Positions 27,969-32,000 of a stretch of 32,000 bases of DNA are shown piece after piece. The notes beneath the pieces are model-generated. The model saw only the letters and a list, made by a program, of their open reading frames with translations, searched no databases and was not told the DNA's origin. The DNA comes from Mycobacterium tuberculosis H37Rv (GTDB taxonomy: Bacteria; Actinomycetota; Actinomycetes; Mycobacteriales; Mycobacteriaceae). Position numbers and translations under genes: made by a program. The stretch is taken from the NCBI RefSeq assembly GCF_000195955.2, contig NC_000962.3, positions 1,950,001 through 1,982,000 of the forward strand, read 5' to 3'. Positions within the stretch are counted from its first letter, which is position 1. Each line of letters opens with the position of its first letter.

Positions 27969-29567
27969 TCATATCGCTTTTGCCGGTCCGGACGCGTGGT
28001 GGTAAGCGCTGCCTCGTGGTTCGCGCACCCACAGGGTGTCCGCTTTGCCGACCGCGGTTCCCTCGTCGATCAACTGGCGCTTGAGCACCTTGTGTGTGGC
28101 GGTGCTGGGAAGGTCGGCCGCGATGCGGATGTATCGTGGCCGGGCTTTAGTGGATAGGTCAGGCTGGGCGTCCAGAAATGCTTCGAACGCGTCAGGGTCG
28201 AAGGTGTCACCTGCTCGCAAGACCAACGCCGCCATCACCTGATCGCCGACGTATTCGTCCGGGACGGCATACACCGCGACACGGTTAATAGCCTTGTATC
28301 GTAATAGAATTCGCTCGATTGGTGCCGCTGTCAGGTTCTCGCCGTCTACCCGCATCCAGTCGGCGGTGCGGCCAGCAAGGTAGATCCAGCCTTCAGAGTC
28401 CCGGTATGCGAGGTCTCCAGACCAGTACATGCCGTGGCGCATGCGCTCGGCGTTGGCTTCGGGGTCATTGTAGTAGCCGGTGAAGAAGCCCGACCCCGTC
28501 GTGTTGACCAACTCACCTATGGCTTCATCGGCGTTGGTGAGTGCTCCGTGAGCGTCGAACCGCGCGACGGCGCACTCGGTGACGGTTTCGCCGTTGTACA
28601 CCGCGACCCCGTGGGCTCCCCGGCCGATCGAGCCCGGTGGCGTGCCGGGTTCGCGGATCACGATGACCGCGTTCTCGGTCGAGCCAAAGCCGTCCTCGAC
28701 CTGGACTCCGAAGCGGCGTGAGAATTCCTCGATGTCTTTGTCATTGGCCTCGTTGCCGAAAGCCACCCGCAGCGGATTGTCGGCATCGTCGTCGCGTTCG
28801 GGGGTGGCAAGGATATAGGCGAGCGGCTTGCCGACGTAGTTCATATAAGTGGCGTGGTATCGGCGGACGTCGTCGAGGAAGCCGGTCGCCGAAAACGTCG
28901 CCGGCGCGATCGCGGCACCGGAGACCACCGCTGGCGCCCATCCCGCGACCACCGCGTTGGAGTGAAACAGCGGCATGGATACATAGCAGGTGTCCTGTTC
29001 GGTGAGCCCGAAGCGCTCGGTGAGGCTACGCCCGGCGAACGTGGCCATTAGGTGTGACACCGGTACCGCTTTGGGATTTCCGCTGGTGCCGGACGTGAAG
29101 ATCATCATGAACGGATCCATCGTGTCGACTTCTCGATAGGGGACAAAGGCGCCGTCACCAGCCACCAATTCAGCCCACCGCGGTGTCGAGGTATCAAGGA
29201 TCCGCGCGCCCGCGAGGTCTAAACCGTCCAACAGCGCTCGGTGGTCGGCATCGGTCACCACGATCTGGCAATCGGCTCGCCTGACGTCAGCGGCCAGTGC
29301 ATCGCCACGTCGCGTTGTGTTCAGGCCACACAGCACATAGCCGCCCAACCCGGCCGCAGCCAGCTGGGCCAGCATCTCGGGCGTATTCCCCAGCAGAGAG
29401 CCGATATGCGTCGGACGTTGCGGATCGGCGATTGTGATGAGGGCCGCCGCGCGGGCCGCCGACTCCGCCAGGTACTGACTCCAAGTCCATTGCAGACCAC
29501 CGTATTTCACGGCAATCGTTGGATCGGATACGTGCTGGCGCAAGAGCGATTGAATCGTGTCGGTCAT
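27969..29567 (-). CDS. fadD1: Fatty-acid-CoA ligase / fatty-acyl-AMP synthetase family
   Basis: 532 aa from 'MTDTIQSLLRQHVSDPTIAVKYGG'; AMP-binding 'MIFTSGTSGNPKAVPVSH', 'YWSGDLAYRDSEGWIYLAGRTADWMRVDGENL'. Confidence 0.95.
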   Translation of the reverse strand: MTDTIQSLLRQHVSDPTIAVKYGGLQWTWSQYLAESAARAAALITIADPQRPTHIGSLLGNTPEMLAQLAAAGLGGYVLCGLNTTRRGDALAADVRRADCQIVVTDADHRALLDGLDLAGARILDTSTPRWAELVAGDGAFVPYREVDTMDPFMMIFTSGTSGNPKAVPVSHLMATFAGRSLTERFGLTEQDTCYVSMPLFHSNAVVAGWAPAVVSGAAIAPATFSATGFLDDVRRYHATYMNYVGKPLAYILATPERDDDADNPLRVAFGNEANDKDIEEFSRRFGVQVEDGFGSTENAVIVIREPGTPPGSIGRGAHGVAVYNGETVTECAVARFDAHGALTNADEAIGELVNTTGSGFFTGYYNDPEANAERMRHGMYWSGDLAYRDSEGWIYLAGRTADWMRVDGENLTAAPIERILLRYKAINRVAVYAVPDEYVGDQVMAALVLRAGDTFDPDAFEAFLDAQPDLSTKARPRYIRIAADLPSTATHKVLKRQLIDEGTAVGKADTLWVREPRGSAYHHASGPAKAI

Positions 29568-29764
29568 GAATTCGCTCCCATGTCGAGTCGCGGGCTTTGG
29601 CCGCGACGCTGTCATCCAGCATGATCGCCACGATGCCATCAATGGCCAGGAGGTCGCGACATGACAACAAGATCACCACGCCGGCAGTGGATTGCCTCAC
29701 GATCGAACGTCTAGATTCTCCCGCGTCCGGCGCCCCTCAGGTCACCCCTTATGCTAGGGCGCTA

Positions 29765-31003
29765 ATGGGCGAGACAACCACGTGCGCGATCATCGGCGGC
29801 GGCCCGGCCGGGATGGTTCTGGGCCTGCTGTTGGCGCGGGCAGGTGTGCAGGTCACCCTGTTGGAGAAGCACGGAGACTTCCTGCGCGACTTTCGTGGCG
29901 ACACGGTGCATCCGACGACGATGCGGCTACTCGACGAGCTTGGGCTGTGGGAACGCTTTGCGGCTTTGCCCTACAGCGAGGTCCGCACGGCCACATTGCA
30001 TTCGAATGGTCGCGCGGTGACCTACATCGACTTCGAGCGACTGCATCAGCCCTACCCCTATGTCGCAATGGTGCCGCAATGGGACCTGCTGAACCTGCTG
30101 GCGGAGGCCGCCCAAGCGGAACCGAGCTTTACGCTGCGGATGAAAACCGAGGTGACCGGGTTGCTGCGGGAGGGCGGCAAAGTTACGGGGGTGCGCTATC
30201 AAGGAGCCGAGGGCCCGGGTGAATTGCGGGCGGAATTGACCGTGGCGTGCGACGGCCGATGGTCGATCGCCCGGCACGAGGCTGGACTGAAGGCGCGTGA
30301 ATTCCCGGTGAACTTTGACGTGTGGTGGTTCAAGCTGCCACGTGAAGGTGACGCCGAGTTCTCGTTCCTGCCGCGATTCTCCCCGGGCAAGGGGCTCGGC
30401 GTGATCCCACGCGAAGGTTATTTCCAGATCGCCTACCTCGGGCCCAAGGGAACCGACGCTCAGTTGCGCGAGCGAGGTATCGAGGAATTCCGTCGGGACG
30501 TCAGCGAACTGCTGCCCGAAGCGACGGCATCGGTGGCGGCGCTAGCGTCCATGGACGAGGTCAAGCACCTCAACGTCAAGGTGAATCGGTTGCGTCGTTG
30601 GCACATTGATGGGCTGCTGTGCATCGGCGACGCGGCGCACGCGATGTCACCGGTGGCGGGAGTCGGCATCAACCTAGCGGTCCAAGATGCGGTCGCGGCA
30701 GCGACCATCTTGGCCGAACCGCTGCGTGAGCATCGAGTCAGCAGCCGCCACCTGGCAGCGGTACGGCGTCGTCGCGCATTTCCCACCGCGGTGACCCAAG
30801 CGGTGCAGCGGGTGTTGCACCGAAGGCTGCTCGGCCCGCTGCTGCAGGGCCGGGACCCCACGCCGCCGGCGGCCCTGCTTGGCCTGGTCGAACGGCTGCC
30901 ATGGCTCTCGGCGGTGCCCGCCTACTTTGTGGGAGTTGGAGTCCGGCCTGAGCATGCTCCGGCCTTCGCACGTCGCGGGCCCGGCAACCGCAAAGGCCCT
31001 TGA
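29765..31003 (+). CDS. FAD-binding aromatic-hydroxylase-type monooxygenase (Rv1751-like)
   Basis: 'MGETTTCAIIGGGPAGMVLGLLLARAGVQVTLLEKHGDFLRDFRGDTVHPTTMRLLDELG'; 'LLCIGDAAHAMSPVAGVGINLAVQDAV'. Longer upstream starts (29597/29621) exist but look non-homologous. Confidence 0.9.
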   Translation: MGETTTCAIIGGGPAGMVLGLLLARAGVQVTLLEKHGDFLRDFRGDTVHPTTMRLLDELGLWERFAALPYSEVRTATLHSNGRAVTYIDFERLHQPYPYVAMVPQWDLLNLLAEAAQAEPSFTLRMKTEVTGLLREGGKVTGVRYQGAEGPGELRAELTVACDGRWSIARHEAGLKAREFPVNFDVWWFKLPREGDAEFSFLPRFSPGKGLGVIPREGYFQIAYLGPKGTDAQLRERGIEEFRRDVSELLPEATASVAALASMDEVKHLNVKVNRLRRWHIDGLLCIGDAAHAMSPVAGVGINLAVQDAVAAATILAEPLREHRVSSRHLAAVRRRRAFPTAVTQAVQRVLHRRLLGPLLQGRDPTPPAALLGLVERLPWLSAVPAYFVGVGVRPEHAPAFARRGPGNRKGP

Positions 31004-31010
31004 GCCGACA

Positions 31011-31547
31011 TGCGCGCCGCCGCGAATCGGCGTCTTGGGTATAGCCCGGATAGCGCCGTTGGCGCTCATCAAGCCGGTCAGCGGGAGCGTCGTGGTGGCA
31101 GCACGTGATGTGTCGCGGGTGGCGCGACCATGGACGCTGGCTGCTATGCCGTCCACATGGCCCACACGTTCGGTGGGGCCACGCCGGAAGTGGTTTCGGC
31201 GCAAGCCAAATTACGCGATCCAGCGGTCGATCGGGCCATGACGGCCGAACTGAAATTTCCAGGCGGGCACACCGGCGGGATCCGCTGTTCAATGCGGTCG
31301 TCGGATCTGTTGAATGTGAGCGCTCGAGTGGTCGGCGACCGTGGCGAGTTGCGCGTGCTCAATCCGGTTGTGCCCCAACTCTTCCACCGATTGCCGCCCC
31401 TCGCATGCGTATCAGCTCGACGCTTTCGCTGCCGCAGTGCTGCGCGGGCAAGCGGTCAAGACGACGCCCAAGGACGCGGTCGAGAACATGAGCGCGATCC
31501 ACGCGATCTATCGGGCCGCCGGGCTCCCATCGCGCAACCCGAGCTGA
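31011..31547 (+). pseudogene. Gfo/Idh/MocA-family oxidoreductase relic (Rv1752 locus)
   Basis: Domain pieces in three frames: 'PPRIGVLGIARIAPLALIKPVSGSVVVAARD' (about 31020-31114), 'MDAGCYAVHMAHTFGGATPEVVSAQAKLRDPAVDRAMTAELKFPGG...GDRGELRVLNPVVPQ' (31130 onward), 'AYQLDAFAAAVLRGQAVKTTPKDAVENMSAIHAIYRAAGLPSRNPS*' (to 31547). Confidence 0.72.
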
Positions 31548-31613
31548 ATATGGTCGCCGCGAGCGGGTCCGCCGCCTGACAGGCCAATGGCGTCGGTCGC
31601 TTACCCGCCAGGG

Positions 31614-32000
31614 TTAGGACGTGGTGCCTTGGAAGAAACCCGCCAGGTTGGTGCCGATATTGGCAAAGCCGGAAACGACGCTGGCTACCGAGAACGGCAG
31701 GATGCCCCTGTTGGCGAAGCCTGAGACGCCGCTGCCAAGGTTGGAAAAGCCCGAGGATAGCCCGCCGAAGTTCTGATAGCCCGAGCCGCCCAACAGCCCG
31801 GCCGGGTTGGTGTTGAACCAACCCGAGAGGCCCGAGCCGTTGTTGCCGAAGCCCGAGTTGCCGCCCGCACCGGAATTGAAGAAGCCCGACGAAGGCGCGG
31901 TGCTCGAGTTGAAGTAGCCCGGCCCCCCGGGGATCGCGAAGGCCCCGATCGTGGTGCTGGGCAGGTGGATGCCGGGAACGGTGAGCGGGGGCGTGGTGAA
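31614..32000 (-). CDS. PPE24: PPE-family protein, MPTR subclass, C-terminal part (continues past window edge)
   Basis: Reverse-strand frame ending in TAA at 31614-31616: '...PGYFNSSTAPSSGFFNSGAGGNSGFGNNGSGLSGWFNTNPAGLLGGSGYQNFGGLSSGFSNLGSGVSGFANRG...GFANIGTNLAGFFQGTTS*'. Absent from the ORF track because the start is outside the window. Confidence 0.93.
   Translation of the reverse strand, partial: FTTPPLTVPGIHLPSTTIGAFAIPGGPGYFNSSTAPSSGFFNSGAGGNSGFGNNGSGLSGWFNTNPAGLLGGSGYQNFGGLSSGFSNLGSGVSGFANRGILPFSVASVVSGFANIGTNLAGFFQGTTS

Overview
GC-rich mycobacterial chromosome. Gene order, ORF lengths and protein motifs match the Mycobacterium tuberculosis complex locus Rv1723-Rv1753c, and I recall H37Rv numbering close to window + 1,950,000 (from memory, not searched). 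The window holds a beta-lactamase-family hydrolase, an HxlR regulator, a FAD oxidoreductase, an S-adenosylmethionine methyltransferase, a penicillin-binding-like esterase, gabD2, the dormancy (DosR) cluster Rv1733c/Rv1734c/Rv1735c/narX/narK2/Rv1738, a SulP transporter, vapBC34, pknE, a Cys-rich repeat protein, idi, pknF with the FHA-ABC transporter Rv1747, fadD1, a FAD monooxygenase and the C-terminus of a PPE-MPTR protein (PPE24). I see no CRISPR array, prophage, IS element, tRNA or rRNA. The best non-coding signal is a compact set of perfect stems at 10667-10772 behind a DosR-like box, which matches the DosR-regulated sRNA DrrS/MTS1338. A second theme is gene decay. I find likely relics of a short-chain dehydrogenase, a Gfo/Idh/MocA oxidoreductase (Rv1752 locus), a TDT-family transporter (Rv1735c locus), a Phd/YefM-like antitoxin, an E2 acyltransferase tail (Rv1734c), and a VapC34 toxin lacking the middle of its PIN domain. 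A 57-bp-period tandem repeat matches VNTR locus 1955 (Mtub21). I did not find a convincing new defence or mobile system.
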